Shown here piece by piece: positions 54,381 to 64,000 of a stretch of 64,000 nucleotides of DNA. The stretch spans positions 2,112,001 to 2,176,000 of the forward strand of contig CAXXWQ010000003.1 in the NCBI GenBank assembly GCA_963674945.2. Direction: 5' to 3'. Numbering within the stretch: position 1 is the stretch's first letter; each line of letters starts with the position of its first letter. The translations under genes were made by a program, and so were the position numbers. A model generated the notes under the pieces. The model searched no databases and had not been told where the DNA came from. It worked only from the letters and a program-made list of their open reading frames with translations. Source of the DNA: an uncultured Desulfosarcina sp. Lineage in GTDB: Bacteria > Desulfobacterota > Desulfobacteria > Desulfobacterales > Desulfosarcinaceae.

Positions 54381-54812
54381 TCACAGGCAGAATTGATATC
54401 CGGCCCTATTGCCACATATCCGTGATTCTTCAAATTCTATAATCCCTAAATTAGCACCGGAAGCTGAAATGATAAAGCCATCTTCATACCGTATACTCAG
54501 GTTACCACCATTTTCAGGTGTCATGTTATGCGTTTTGAGGCGATCACAGTTTTGTTTGAACTGAATATAATAATCATTCGCGCTGACTGGAAGCTTTTTT
54601 GAACGTTGAAGTGATTTGAATTTTACCCCAACATAACCATCCATGAGCCTTTTTTCTTTTTTTTTGTCATTCATCGTCTGTGTCTTGCCCGGGTTGCTTG
54701 TTTTGCCCATCATCACACTGTGACCACCGAAGGCAAATGTGTCCAGGGCGGTCAAATCGTTCACCAATCTTGTGCGCAATGGATGTAAGTGAATATAGCG
54801 CACCAGTTCCAA
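54381..54812 (-). pseudogene. Chimeric relic: HUH (RAYT-like) transposase fragment joined to a class II aldolase-like fragment
   Basis: 'ELVRYIHLHPLR...GHS' followed by 'GYVGVKF...GGNLSIR...FIISASG'; both truncated. Confidence 0.55.
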
Positions 54813-55211
54813 TAAGTATCAATCGTACCGACACAATATGGATTTATAATGATCTAATAAAAAACTCGTAAATGAGTCAAGGGCAGACTACCTATTTCAC
54901 ATATTCATTAGCATGGTCCGGTTTATCGAGAATTTAGTACTTCAGTTTAGCAGAAAAAAACCGATATTACCAATGGTGATAAATTAGATTTTGCGCAATG
55001 AGATATTTTTTCAATATAACTCACAAACGGTCTAACATTCTGAATTATAAATCATAAAACACATAAAACAGGATATGTTTCCTCAGAACTGACATAAAAT
55101 CATTTTCTGAGAACTGAGTGAAACGCGATACATATTTTTTACAGGCAGTGCGGATGATTCATTCGACCGGTGAAAACGATGTATTGATTACTCTAATAAA
55201 GTGGAGGCAGT

Positions 55212-56855
55212 ATGACTCAGTACAAAAAAAAGATGTATCATGCTGTAATTATTTGTGTTCTGATGATAACCTTGGCAGGGTGCAATTCGGGATCATCAGG
55301 AGGAACGCCTGGCGCCGGAGGAACGGTTGACATCCCCGACGGGGCAACCCTTATATCGAATGAAGAGTATAATGATCTGATTGCCCAGGGAAAGCTTGAA
55401 GAAATTTCCGATGACGATCAGCGGGAACAGGCCGACGCTTTCGAATCTCAGTACAAAGAGGACACCAGAACCATCGATGATTTCATTACGGATACGGGAG
55501 CCAGAGACCCCAGGCCCGGTGAACCCAATGACGACCAGGATTCGGTGAACATCCTGCCGGACGGGAACGTGCGTCATACCATTACCATGAAGGACGGACG
55601 CACACGTGACGTAATAACCATGGGCCGAAAACAGAGTATCCATAGCATCGCCCAAGGTATTCGCGTTTATCCCACCCGTGATAACCAGTTGGGAATGTAC
55701 CGGCGTTTGTTCGAGCTGATTCCCTCTGATATCAAAAGAGAACTCGAACTTGTCGATCCGGATGCTGTGGCGGCACATCCTGAAGAATATGATGTGGAGT
55801 ATATCCAGAATAAAAATAATTTCATTACGGGCCTGCATGAAGCCATCATTAATTCAATCGGGGATCTTACTGTTGTTCCGGTGGAACCCTATGACTGCGG
55901 CAACGACATGGGCGCAGGGGAGGGCAGTGACCGCGTCGGCTGCGACGATTCCATCTGCGGTTTTGATAATACGGGGATTTTCATGAATTTTACATGGAAT
56001 CACAAAGAGGACTTGAGTTGCGTCAAGGACCAGGCCGGAAGGGGGAGTTGTTGCGCCTTTGCCGTGGTGTCCGCCACGGAGTATTGGGTCAAACGCAAGC
56101 TCGAATACCGTGTGAATCTTTCCGAGCAGGCTTTGTACAACCGTATGAAGTTGAACTGGGTCCGGGATGATGACAACGACGGCTACTACATTTCCGATGC
56201 GCTGGACAACGCGATCATTGAAGGTTATCTGATTCCTTTTGAACAGCAGTGGAACTACAACCCTTCCTTGAATCGGGTTGAATTTGATGGAGGCGGATTT
56301 TCTCATTCCTGCGACAACTACACGGATACCTGTTCAAACTCCTCGCACCAGAGCGACATCGTGTGCAATGGGTCCGGTGACTGTTCATACTATGTACCTG
56401 AAAAAAATCCCAATTATTATGGTTTCAGGCTGAAAAAAGGTCATGTGATCTGGGATTGGCACGACAGGGACATGTCTTTCTGTAGGGTCCTCATTTATCT
56501 GGCCCTCGGAGATCCCGTGCTGATCCAGGTTCCGGTCCTGGATCAGTTTGACGAGGCTCATGAAACAGGCAATGGCTATATCACCTATGTGGCAGGAGAT
56601 GTCGACAATCCGGCCACGGGTGAAAAATCCACCAACCGCGGAAACCACATCATGCACGCCGTGAGCCTTATCGACAATGCAAGACTCAATGAGATTCTGC
56701 CGGATGCCCCGGAAGGAGCAGGCGGCGGGTATGTGATCGTGAAGAACTCCTGGTCCAACTGCTGGGGCGACGGTGGATATGTGTATATACCTTACAGTTA
56801 TATTCAGGAATATACCCAGTACGCCAGCGTCCTAACAGCCATCTACGAGGAATAG
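55212..56855 (+). CDS. Papain-like C1 cysteine peptidase, lipoprotein
   Basis: Lipobox LAGC; 'KDQAGRGSCCAF','LSEQ','HAV','IVKNSW...WGDGGY'. Confidence 0.85.
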   Translation: MTQYKKKMYHAVIICVLMITLAGCNSGSSGGTPGAGGTVDIPDGATLISNEEYNDLIAQGKLEEISDDDQREQADAFESQYKEDTRTIDDFITDTGARDPRPGEPNDDQDSVNILPDGNVRHTITMKDGRTRDVITMGRKQSIHSIAQGIRVYPTRDNQLGMYRRLFELIPSDIKRELELVDPDAVAAHPEEYDVEYIQNKNNFITGLHEAIINSIGDLTVVPVEPYDCGNDMGAGEGSDRVGCDDSICGFDNTGIFMNFTWNHKEDLSCVKDQAGRGSCCAFAVVSATEYWVKRKLEYRVNLSEQALYNRMKLNWVRDDDNDGYYISDALDNAIIEGYLIPFEQQWNYNPSLNRVEFDGGGFSHSCDNYTDTCSNSSHQSDIVCNGSGDCSYYVPEKNPNYYGFRLKKGHVIWDWHDRDMSFCRVLIYLALGDPVLIQVPVLDQFDEAHETGNGYITYVAGDVDNPATGEKSTNRGNHIMHAVSLIDNARLNEILPDAPEGAGGGYVIVKNSWSNCWGDGGYVYIPYSYIQEYTQYASVLTAIYEE

Positions 56856-57335
56856 GCCGGATCGTCGAAGCCGGTTTCGTGAAAAATACGGGGCTCTGGA
56901 ACTATGGACTGCTAGATGCATATGAACGCAGTTCTGTTCCGACACAAGCCTGTGTTGGTTTTGGCCTGATCCGTGATCAACGGAAAAGGGAATGGCAGCA
57001 TATTCGACCCTTCCGGCGATATTTGGGCTGTTACTGATATTGCCTTCTTTGGATTAGATCTCTTTTCTCAATCATAATTTAACTGAAAAACTGTCCCTGC
57101 TATGAAAATCAGCCGCGGCTTCACGGTGAGTCAGCGCCCAATAACTCAGTTCACTGTTTTTATGTTTGATAACAGAGCAAATAGCAATTTCCAGTGGATC
57201 CTCCTTATCAATAATTTTATTTACATCACATTCAAGGGTCAGTTTGAATGATTCTGCTTGAGTCTGGACTTCGAAAGGAAGTGCGTTAAAATTTAATTCT
57301 TCTTTCCGTCCCTCACGATAATCTTTAAAGTAATA

Positions 57336-58991
57336 CCTGAATCAGTGGCCTAATTTTTGCTGTTAGGATTGGCGCGGGGCGATTGCCTCACACACCATCA
57401 TTTGTTGATAATTTTTCTCACTATTTTCAAATTTCGAAGGAATTTTGCTCCTGTTTCTCATTCTTTAGCCATAGCAAATCACCAAGCAAATGCCTGTAAA
57501 ATTGTTCTTTTAAAAATTATAGCTACTTCATAGCGGAAAGCAAATTCAGACGAAGATAAATCCGATCCATCAGTTTGGAAAATGGATTGAGTTGGCCAAA
57601 GGATATGTACCATTTTCTACTTCTGGTTACTAATCGACCGGCCATATACATCAAGTCCTGCATGACTGTCCGGATTCGACGCCGGGTAACTTTCTTCCGG
57701 CGTATACCGGGCAATTCAGTCGGATCACTCTCTTCGATGCTGATTTGTCCGATAATCCGTAGCATGTTGTACGTCAGCATCGCCAAATGAAGAATCAAGC
57801 TATTGGTGGAAAAATGACCGCTCGGCAAGCGCTCCAGGCCCATGTCGGATTTGAGTTCGGAGTGAAACTGCTCGCTGGTACCGTGATCGTGATAAAGTCG
57901 AATCACCTCATCCGGTGGCAACTGTGCGAGGCTGCACCAATAGGTATCGATCTGATACTCGGGGAACAGCAGTACTTGGCCCTTTTTGGTATGCCTTTCG
58001 GTAACCTCAAAGATGATTGGGTAGCGCAATGGATTGCCGTTGATGTCTTCAATCGTCTTTCCGATCCATACACATTTTCCTGAGCGGCAATGCTGTTGCT
58101 TGCCGGATTTTTTTGCCAGATCAACCCACTTTTGAACAGATTCTCTACGCAAATTGCGTTTGATGATAAAGTGGACATTCTTTCGTGAATCGTCAGGAAA
58201 GTTGTCTTGACTGTCGTTTCCTGAATCCAACCTCATCAAAATAGGCTGATCGGTAATTTGCCTGGCATAATCCAAGGTGGCGTTGATAAATTCGGGGGTG
58301 TTTTTCTGGCAGTGTTGTTTTCCTTCTCTGAACTCAAGATTCACCAGATACCCCTCGGTGCCCAGGTAGGCAAAGATCGGAGCGAAGCCATCCGTGCCTT
58401 TGTAGGTTCTGGAAACGCCTTCCTTTTGAGTCTTTGAGTTGTCAAACGGACTCACATCCATATCCAAAGGAAGGAAATCACCCGCACTGGTTTGGATGGG
58501 TGAAATCGCCGGAGCGCAGGATCGAACCAAATCAACGCCTGCATCCTTAATCAGCTTATCGGCTTGGTTGCCGATCAAATCGATTCGCTGACGCAATGTC
58601 GGGCTTGACGGGCATGCACGATTGCCAATGGCCTTGTTGAAAAATTCTTGCTTCTCACGAAAAATCTCGATCGCATCGTAATCAGGTTTACCAATACTCA
58701 TGAGAGCAATCATCGAAGCTAAAATGTCACCATGAGAAATTTTCGGGTCTACACAATGGACGCCGTTGATCTTTTCGAAACGGAACCTGAAATTTATCGC
58801 ATCAAGTAATGCGCCGATATTGATCAATCCGCTATGACTGGCAAGTTTTTCCATCTCGTGTTTTATGGTGATCGGACGCCGCATTGATTTCACCTCCGAA
58901 GTGAGCGTTTAGTGCCCTAATATTACCATAATATATATGTTTTATCAATTGGTTATAGTGTTTTAATCAGGTTTTGTGCCACGGAAACAGG
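57336..58991 (-). mobile_element. IS1380-family insertion sequence, complete
   Basis: Imperfect TIRs CCTGAATCAGTGGC / CCTGTTTCCGTGGC; 5-bp duplication TAATA at 57331-57335 and 58992-58996. Confidence 0.9.
57523..58893 (-). CDS. IS1380 DDE transposase
   Basis: 'LDMDVS','RLDSGND','YHDHGTSEQFHSELK','F..N'. Confidence 0.9.
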   Translation of the reverse strand: MKSMRRPITIKHEMEKLASHSGLINIGALLDAINFRFRFEKINGVHCVDPKISHGDILASMIALMSIGKPDYDAIEIFREKQEFFNKAIGNRACPSSPTLRQRIDLIGNQADKLIKDAGVDLVRSCAPAISPIQTSAGDFLPLDMDVSPFDNSKTQKEGVSRTYKGTDGFAPIFAYLGTEGYLVNLEFREGKQHCQKNTPEFINATLDYARQITDQPILMRLDSGNDSQDNFPDDSRKNVHFIIKRNLRRESVQKWVDLAKKSGKQQHCRSGKCVWIGKTIEDINGNPLRYPIIFEVTERHTKKGQVLLFPEYQIDTYWCSLAQLPPDEVIRLYHDHGTSEQFHSELKSDMGLERLPSGHFSTNSLILHLAMLTYNMLRIIGQISIEESDPTELPGIRRKKVTRRRIRTVMQDLMYMAGRLVTRSRKWYISFGQLNPFSKLMDRIYLRLNLLSAMK

Positions 58992-59276
58992 TAATAGATA
59001 TTCCAGTTTCCCGTTGGAGAAAGATTAAATTCCCAGTACTGAGGCAAATCTCTTGTGGCAATAAAAAACTCAAAACATGTACCTTCCCAAAGATTATTCT
59101 TTCTGGCTGGTATTGTTGATTCTTGTGGAAATATGATATCGGACAATTTCCCGACAACTTCGTAATCAATGAAAAGCGAAGTGGAATGCCTGTCAACAAC
59201 ACCATCTATCGTTACACCATCTGTCAAATCATTTTTTTGAAAAGGCACTAATGTAAAACGATTTCTCATTTGAATG

Positions 59277-59927
59277 TTAGCCTTCCAAAAACGCCGTAGT
59301 CCCTACCGAACCGGCAATCAAACACTGTGCGGCAAAATACGTGGTCAAATTCAAGAGGCGGGCCGGCTTGAAAGCACCTCGGAAGCGATTGATCGCCAGG
59401 ATTGTGTCCGAAATGACGAACAAAACAGCACCGATGGTCGCCAAAAGCGCCCCGCTCTGATGCGTTTGGCTCCACCTTTCCCAGGCTATCCAGGTCATAA
59501 TCAGGATGACCACGATATAGACGAGGACAGGTGGTTTTAGTTTGCCGAGACAGGGCGCGAGAATGATATAAATGACAACTCCATAGATGCCAAGGGGGAT
59601 CAATGGCCACCATATTAGAGTACTTATCTCCGACATAAAAGCCACGGTGTAAAGAATGTGTGCAACGAGAAATGCAACCAGTCCGGCCACGAACCGATCA
59701 GAGGGCAGCATCAGGAAAACGTCCCCCGCCATGGAAAAAACGAGACCGGCAATAATCGTATACTTATAGAACGGCAGCGTGGGCTGCCCCAAGATGGCGA
59801 TCAACCAGATGAAAGCCATCGTCATCGGCTTGAAGACGTAAACATTTCGCAGCGGGCCGCGATATTCCGCCCGGATGTGGATGGAGGCGGCGAGTATGAC
59901 CAACAGCACGAGTATGGATATTCGCAT
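59277..59927 (-). CDS. YhhN-family lysoplasmalogenase-like membrane protein
   Basis: 'KP','GDVFLM','FLVAHILY','LFVISDTILAINRF','TYFAAQ'. Confidence 0.88.
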   Translation of the reverse strand: MRISILVLLVILAASIHIRAEYRGPLRNVYVFKPMTMAFIWLIAILGQPTLPFYKYTIIAGLVFSMAGDVFLMLPSDRFVAGLVAFLVAHILYTVAFMSEISTLIWWPLIPLGIYGVVIYIILAPCLGKLKPPVLVYIVVILIMTWIAWERWSQTHQSGALLATIGAVLFVISDTILAINRFRGAFKPARLLNLTTYFAAQCLIAGSVGTTAFLEG

Positions 59928-60186
59928 CTCTTCTCACCTCTCAAAAGTCTAATGAGTCAGGGATTTGACCTCCATTTTCCCAAAAGCAGCCGTCTAAGAC
60001 GGTTGCAGAGGATATGTTTTGCTATTTATCCTATTATGTCAATTGGTTGATTTGACTTTCCTTTTTTTACTACACAAGTCCCCCGGAGGTCAATATGATA
60101 AAAGTAACCAGCAGCGGATTAATTACGCCGGCCATAGACAGCTTCAAAATGAGGTGAACGGCACTGATATTTTTAAACCCCTGCCT

Positions 60187-60336
60187 TTAGCCGTCTGAGT
60201 TAACTGCTTTGTACGGCCTTGGTTTATCAACAAGACTGCCGTGAACATAGCGATGAAGGATACTTGCCATTGGTGTTTGGCAGGGAATTCCATTCTCCGC
60301 GGCAAGGGCCTGGATCTTTTTTCGCAGAACCGCATT
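60187..60336 (-). pseudogene. C-terminal remnant of a CopG/BrnA-like antitoxin
   Basis: Manual translation 'LRKKIQALAAENGIPCQTPMASILHRYVHGSL' resembles the 'G(I/L)PYQTL..SILH.Y..G.L' antitoxin tail; no start or toxin present. Confidence 0.5.
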
Positions 60337-60502
60337 GACTTTGTGAAAGAAACCAATTAGTGTTTTATAACTAATTAAAATAACGGAGTTTTACGAATGT
60401 GATCAACTTAACTGCCAATGAACTCTGCAAACAAGCCGGGATAAAACCCAAGTTCTAATTCCTATCCGAATCTAAAATCTTCAATTTCAACATGAGGTAA
60501 CC

Positions 60503-61600
60503 ATGCAGGTCGACTTTCTCTTTGCACCTTTTCATCATCCCAAACTGGAACTCAAAAACCGCGTCGTCATGGCGCCCATGACACGGAGTTTTTCCCCCAA
60601 TGGTATTCCCGGTGACAGCGTTGCAGACTATTATCGTCGTCGCGCGGAAGGGGGCACGGGACTCATTATCTCGGAGGGTACCTTGATCGACCATCCCGCT
60701 GCCACCGATACCACGGATAATCCGAAATTTCATGGAGAGGCGGCACTGGCGGGTTGGAAAAAAGTGGTGGATGCCGTGCATGCCGCCGGCAGCAAGATGA
60801 TCCCTCAAATCTGGCATATCGGCTCGGTTCGTCGTGCCGGAACAGGATTTGTTCCGGATGCTGTCAGTGCCGCGCCATCCGGCCTGGTGGCGCCGGGCAA
60901 AAAAATATTACCGGAATTGAGTAACGCTGAAATTGAACGTCTGGTCGAGGCCTATGGCCAGGCCGCACTGGCTGCGAAAAAACTTGGTTTTGACGGTGTG
61001 GAGGTTCACGGGGCGCACGGCTATCTCGTGGATCAGTTTTTCTGGGAGGGGACCAATGTTCGATCGGATAAATACGGTGGCAGCATAGAGGCCCGCACCA
61101 CGTTTGCCGTTGAAATCATTCGCCTGATCCGGCAGCTATGTGGCGACGAGTTCCCCATCATTCTACGGATTTCCCAATGGAAGCAACAAGATTTTGATGC
61201 CAAACTGGTGCGAACACCCGAAGCGTTGCGACGCTTTCTGGAGCCACTCGTTGCCGCCGGTGTGGACTTGTTTCATTGCAGCACCCGCCGTTTCTGGAAA
61301 CCGGAATTCGACGGCTCCGACCTGAACCTTGCCGGTTGGGTGAAACGAATCACCGGCTTGCCGACCATCAGTGTGGGCAGTGTTGGATTGGATGAAGAAT
61401 TTGTTACGACCTTTGCAGGTGGAACTGCCGGAGTGGTCGGTATTGACAATTTACTCAAACGCATGGAAAGGGAAGAGTTCGATCTCATCGCCGTTGGTCG
61501 GGCTCTAATCAGTAATCCTGACTGGGTGAAACTGGTTGGTGACGGTAGATTCGACAAACTCAAACCATATAGTAAAGACTTGTTGGATGAGTTGTATTGA
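60503..61600 (+). CDS. NADH:flavin oxidoreductase (Old Yellow Enzyme family)
   Basis: 'NRVVMAPMTR','QIWH','EVHGAHGYL','D.YGGS','AVGRAL'. Confidence 0.93.
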   Translation: MQVDFLFAPFHHPKLELKNRVVMAPMTRSFSPNGIPGDSVADYYRRRAEGGTGLIISEGTLIDHPAATDTTDNPKFHGEAALAGWKKVVDAVHAAGSKMIPQIWHIGSVRRAGTGFVPDAVSAAPSGLVAPGKKILPELSNAEIERLVEAYGQAALAAKKLGFDGVEVHGAHGYLVDQFFWEGTNVRSDKYGGSIEARTTFAVEIIRLIRQLCGDEFPIILRISQWKQQDFDAKLVRTPEALRRFLEPLVAAGVDLFHCSTRRFWKPEFDGSDLNLAGWVKRITGLPTISVGSVGLDEEFVTTFAGGTAGVVGIDNLLKRMEREEFDLIAVGRALISNPDWVKLVGDGRFDKLKPYSKDLLDELY

Positions 61601-61836
61601 TCTGGTCTGACAAAGACCTTTCGTATTTTACATACATCGAATGTGATGAGTCTATTTTAGATTCCGTTGCGATCGCTCGGAGTAACCCATTAAACGGGTA
61701 AATGGGTCGTACCTCATGCTGTATTTCAAAGATGAAGATCACACAACCAGGTATTTTGCAAAGATTCGACAAGATCGAGAATATAGGTTTTTGATAGCTC
61801 AGGCGAAATGTAATCAGCACCGAGTTGATCGGCATG

Positions 61837-62520
61837 TTATATGTCTCTGTCTCTCGACCAGTCAACATTTTTACTGACTATTTTCGCAGGATTTCCTGCT
61901 ACAACAGTGTTTGCAGGTACATCTCTCGTGACTACTGCCTCGGCACCAATGATCGATCCATCACCTACGGTGATGCCCTTCAGTAAAAGGGCATTCGCTC
62001 CAATCCAAACATGATCTTTCACAATTACATCACTCGCATGGTTTATTCGACGACCAGTATCTCTATCGATGATCGAGTGATAATCGCTTGTGAAAATGGT
62101 TATCCCGACAGAAAGCATGCAGTCTTTTCCAATTAGTATTTTCCGGTCTGATTCAACTGCTTGCAAGGAAGCCTGAGAAACGGTCGTTCCTTCACCTATA
62201 TGTATGAGGCAGTTATTTCCCATAATCCGAAACCAACCTGTGAACTCCACACCTTTTTCGACAATCAGCCTGTTATTGTTTCCTCGAATGAATAAACTCG
62301 TTTGTACCACATTACATCCTGATGCAAATGTCACATCATTATTATTGCCTATTATATTCGTTTTAAGGTCGAATATGACGCCTTGTTTTTTAATGGTATT
62401 CCCTTTGCCGCGTATGTAGTTCCGTTTTTTTTGATTTCTGACGTTAATGAATGCTTTAAGATATTGTGCCATGCGAGTTCGTTTGGCTTTTCTCAGAGAC
62501 AATTTTAGTCGATTTAGCAT
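61837..62520 (-). CDS. Hexapeptide-repeat O-acyltransferase
   Basis: 'IGKDCMLS','SDYH','HVWIG...LKGITVGDGSIIGA..VVT','AGNPAK'; start uncertain. Confidence 0.85.
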   Translation of the reverse strand: MLNRLKLSLRKAKRTRMAQYLKAFINVRNQKKRNYIRGKGNTIKKQGVIFDLKTNIIGNNNDVTFASGCNVVQTSLFIRGNNNRLIVEKGVEFTGWFRIMGNNCLIHIGEGTTVSQASLQAVESDRKILIGKDCMLSVGITIFTSDYHSIIDRDTGRRINHASDVIVKDHVWIGANALLLKGITVGDGSIIGAEAVVTRDVPANTVVAGNPAKIVSKNVDWSRDRDI

Positions 62521-62832
62521 GATTCTATTCCTTGGGCACCTAACGCTGCAAATACCGGTACAAATGTAGCGCAGTGGAATTTGCATTCGAGTTAATTTGA
62601 CTTGTCTGTGCCTGGCATGGCACGTATTTTTAAGAGCGCGATGAGTCCAGCATACCCTTTGTTGCACGGCTCATCAAGTCCCAAACCCGTTTTAGATTTC
62701 TCCGAATAGCACGATATCAAATTGAAAATTATAATTGAAAATAGAATATAAAATTTAATTTCTGAGATTGGAATTTGTTTTAGCATCGAACTTCAATTAA
62801 CTGCTCGCGCAATAGGCTAGTTTGCGAGAGTC

Positions 62833-63122
62833 CTAATTGACGCGTTTGTTAAATTGTTTTCTATGAAATATTCGCAATAAGGGTCCAAAATAAGCCCATA
62901 TGCTACCAATTATTTTATTCTTATTATTAAGAATTGGCTTTTCAATTTTATGCCAAGATAGATATGCAAATAAGATAACTATTGCACTGGATAGCATTGT
63001 ATTCGAGTATGGGGTTCCGTTTGGTGTCAAATGTGCAATAACTTGCTGTATAGGAAAAGCATATATATAGACACCATAAGAAATATCGCCAAATTTATCA
63101 TCAATCGATATGTGTTTTGTAG
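62833..63122 (-). pseudogene. 3' fragment of an OafA/acyltransferase-3 gene cut by IS66
   Basis: 'GDISYGVYIYAFPIQQ...LSWHKIEKP' runs up to the IS66 end. Confidence 0.75.
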
Positions 63123-64000
63123 GTAAGGGTCAAATAAACCCCATCTTCACATAGCCCAGATATTATGACATCATAGGCTTGGCAATGAAAATGTGTATGG
63201 GAGACGATTGTGAACCGGCCGGTAGAAAGTAAGAGAAGAATCAATAGCGAAGGATCGCCAGCGTCTGTTTGTCGATATTTTTTGGCAAAAGCGCCAGATG
63301 GTCCTCCCGCGTCCTGGCCAGCGGAAGTTTGGCGAACAGGTATCGAAGATAGGCATAGGGTTCCAGCCCATTGGCTTTGGCCGTTTCGATCAAACCGAAG
63401 AAGGTGGCGCTGGCTTCCGCACCCCGGGGCGCGCCGGAAAACAGCCAGTTCTTGCGACCCAACACGAATGGCCGGATGACATTTTCAGCCACATTGTTGT
63501 CGGGCTTCAGAAATCCGGCATTGATATAGACAACCAGTTTGTCCCATTGGTTTAGGCAATATTGGATCGCTTTGCCGAGAAGGCTTTTCGGAGGAGCTTG
63601 CCAATGGTAGGTGTCCAGCCAGGTTTTAAATTGTTTCAGAATCGGCTTGGCCTTTTCCTGTCGCAGGTCACGGATCTGTTCATACGACAAATCCTTGTCT
63701 CGCGCATACCGTTCTATGCCATACAATGCGCCAATGTAATCCAGCGCCTCGTCGGCAAGCCCCTTGGCTGCTTTTTGTTTGCCGCGCGCCTTGCGCCCTT
63801 TGTTCACCTCGACAAATTTACGTCGGGCATGGGTCAGGCAACCTAAATGGATGATCCCTTGCTTTTGGGACAGCTGATCATAGCCGCTGTAGCCGTCGCT
63901 TTGAACATAGCCCGAATAGTCTTCTATCATATCTTGCACTACCTTCCCACTACGGGTGGGATGATACTGGTAAAGCACCACAGGGGCATCCAACGGGCCG
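63123..64000 (-). mobile_element. IS66-family element (right end; continues beyond the window)
   Basis: Terminal GTAAGGGT... at 63123; TnpC ORF 63241->64000. Confidence 0.85.
63241..64000 (-). CDS. tnpC: IS66 transposase TnpC (5'-partial)
   Basis: 'SDGYSGY','C.THARRKF','DNNVAEN.IRP..LGRKNWLF','TAKANGLEP..YL'. Confidence 0.92.
   Translation of the reverse strand, partial: GPLDAPVVLYQYHPTRSGKVVQDMIEDYSGYVQSDGYSGYDQLSQKQGIIHLGCLTHARRKFVEVNKGRKARGKQKAAKGLADEALDYIGALYGIERYARDKDLSYEQIRDLRQEKAKPILKQFKTWLDTYHWQAPPKSLLGKAIQYCLNQWDKLVVYINAGFLKPDNNVAENVIRPFVLGRKNWLFSGAPRGAEASATFFGLIETAKANGLEPYAYLRYLFAKLPLARTREDHLALLPKNIDKQTLAILRY

Larger units (their letters stand above)
57072..59269 (-). pseudogene. 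DOMON-like domain gene interrupted by IS1380
   Basis: 5' part 59269-58992 ('LWEGTCFEFF','YWEFNLSP.GNWNIY'); 3' part 57335-57072 ('FKDYREG...SYWALTH...DFHSRDSF*') rejoins in frame when the IS and one repeat copy are removed. Confidence 0.85.

Noticed and set aside
59981..60010. Terminator-like hairpin upstream of yhhN as a riboswitch platform
   Set aside because: No aptamer consensus upstream; more simply a leftover terminator

Overview
A 64-kb stretch that looks like a sulfate-reducing Desulfobacterales (Desulfosarcina-like) chromosome; the taxonomy is inferred from gene content. The first ~21 kb is a cobalamin region. It holds a BtuF-CbiZ fusion, a TonB-dependent receptor, CbiK, a btuFCD operon and three cobalamin riboswitches. 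Two of the riboswitches are near-identical promoter-aptamer-terminator cassettes, and one of these has no sense gene and points antisense into a DUF1638 gene. The region also contains FadL, MarR, a frameshifted CoA-transferase, MATE, an M1 peptidase and a non-decarboxylating glutaryl-CoA dehydrogenase. From 21 to 28 kb is core genome (HDOD protein, ddl, purD-purE fusion, tsaC, tRNA-Leu). Downstream of tRNA-Leu lies an accessory patchwork: (1) a four-gene cluster resembling the mycobacterial methylmannose-polysaccharide genes (mmpH/manT/meT1) with an added B12-dependent radical SAM enzyme; (2) a sigma54-driven metK-ahcY-glycine/sarcosine/dimethylglycine methyltransferase (betaine synthesis) operon; (3) katG; (4) pstSCAB plus a glycosyltransferase; (5) several gene relics; (6) an intact IS1380 with a 5-bp target duplication inside a DOMON-like gene; (7) the end of an IS66. 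All family calls come from motif recognition by eye; no database searches were run.
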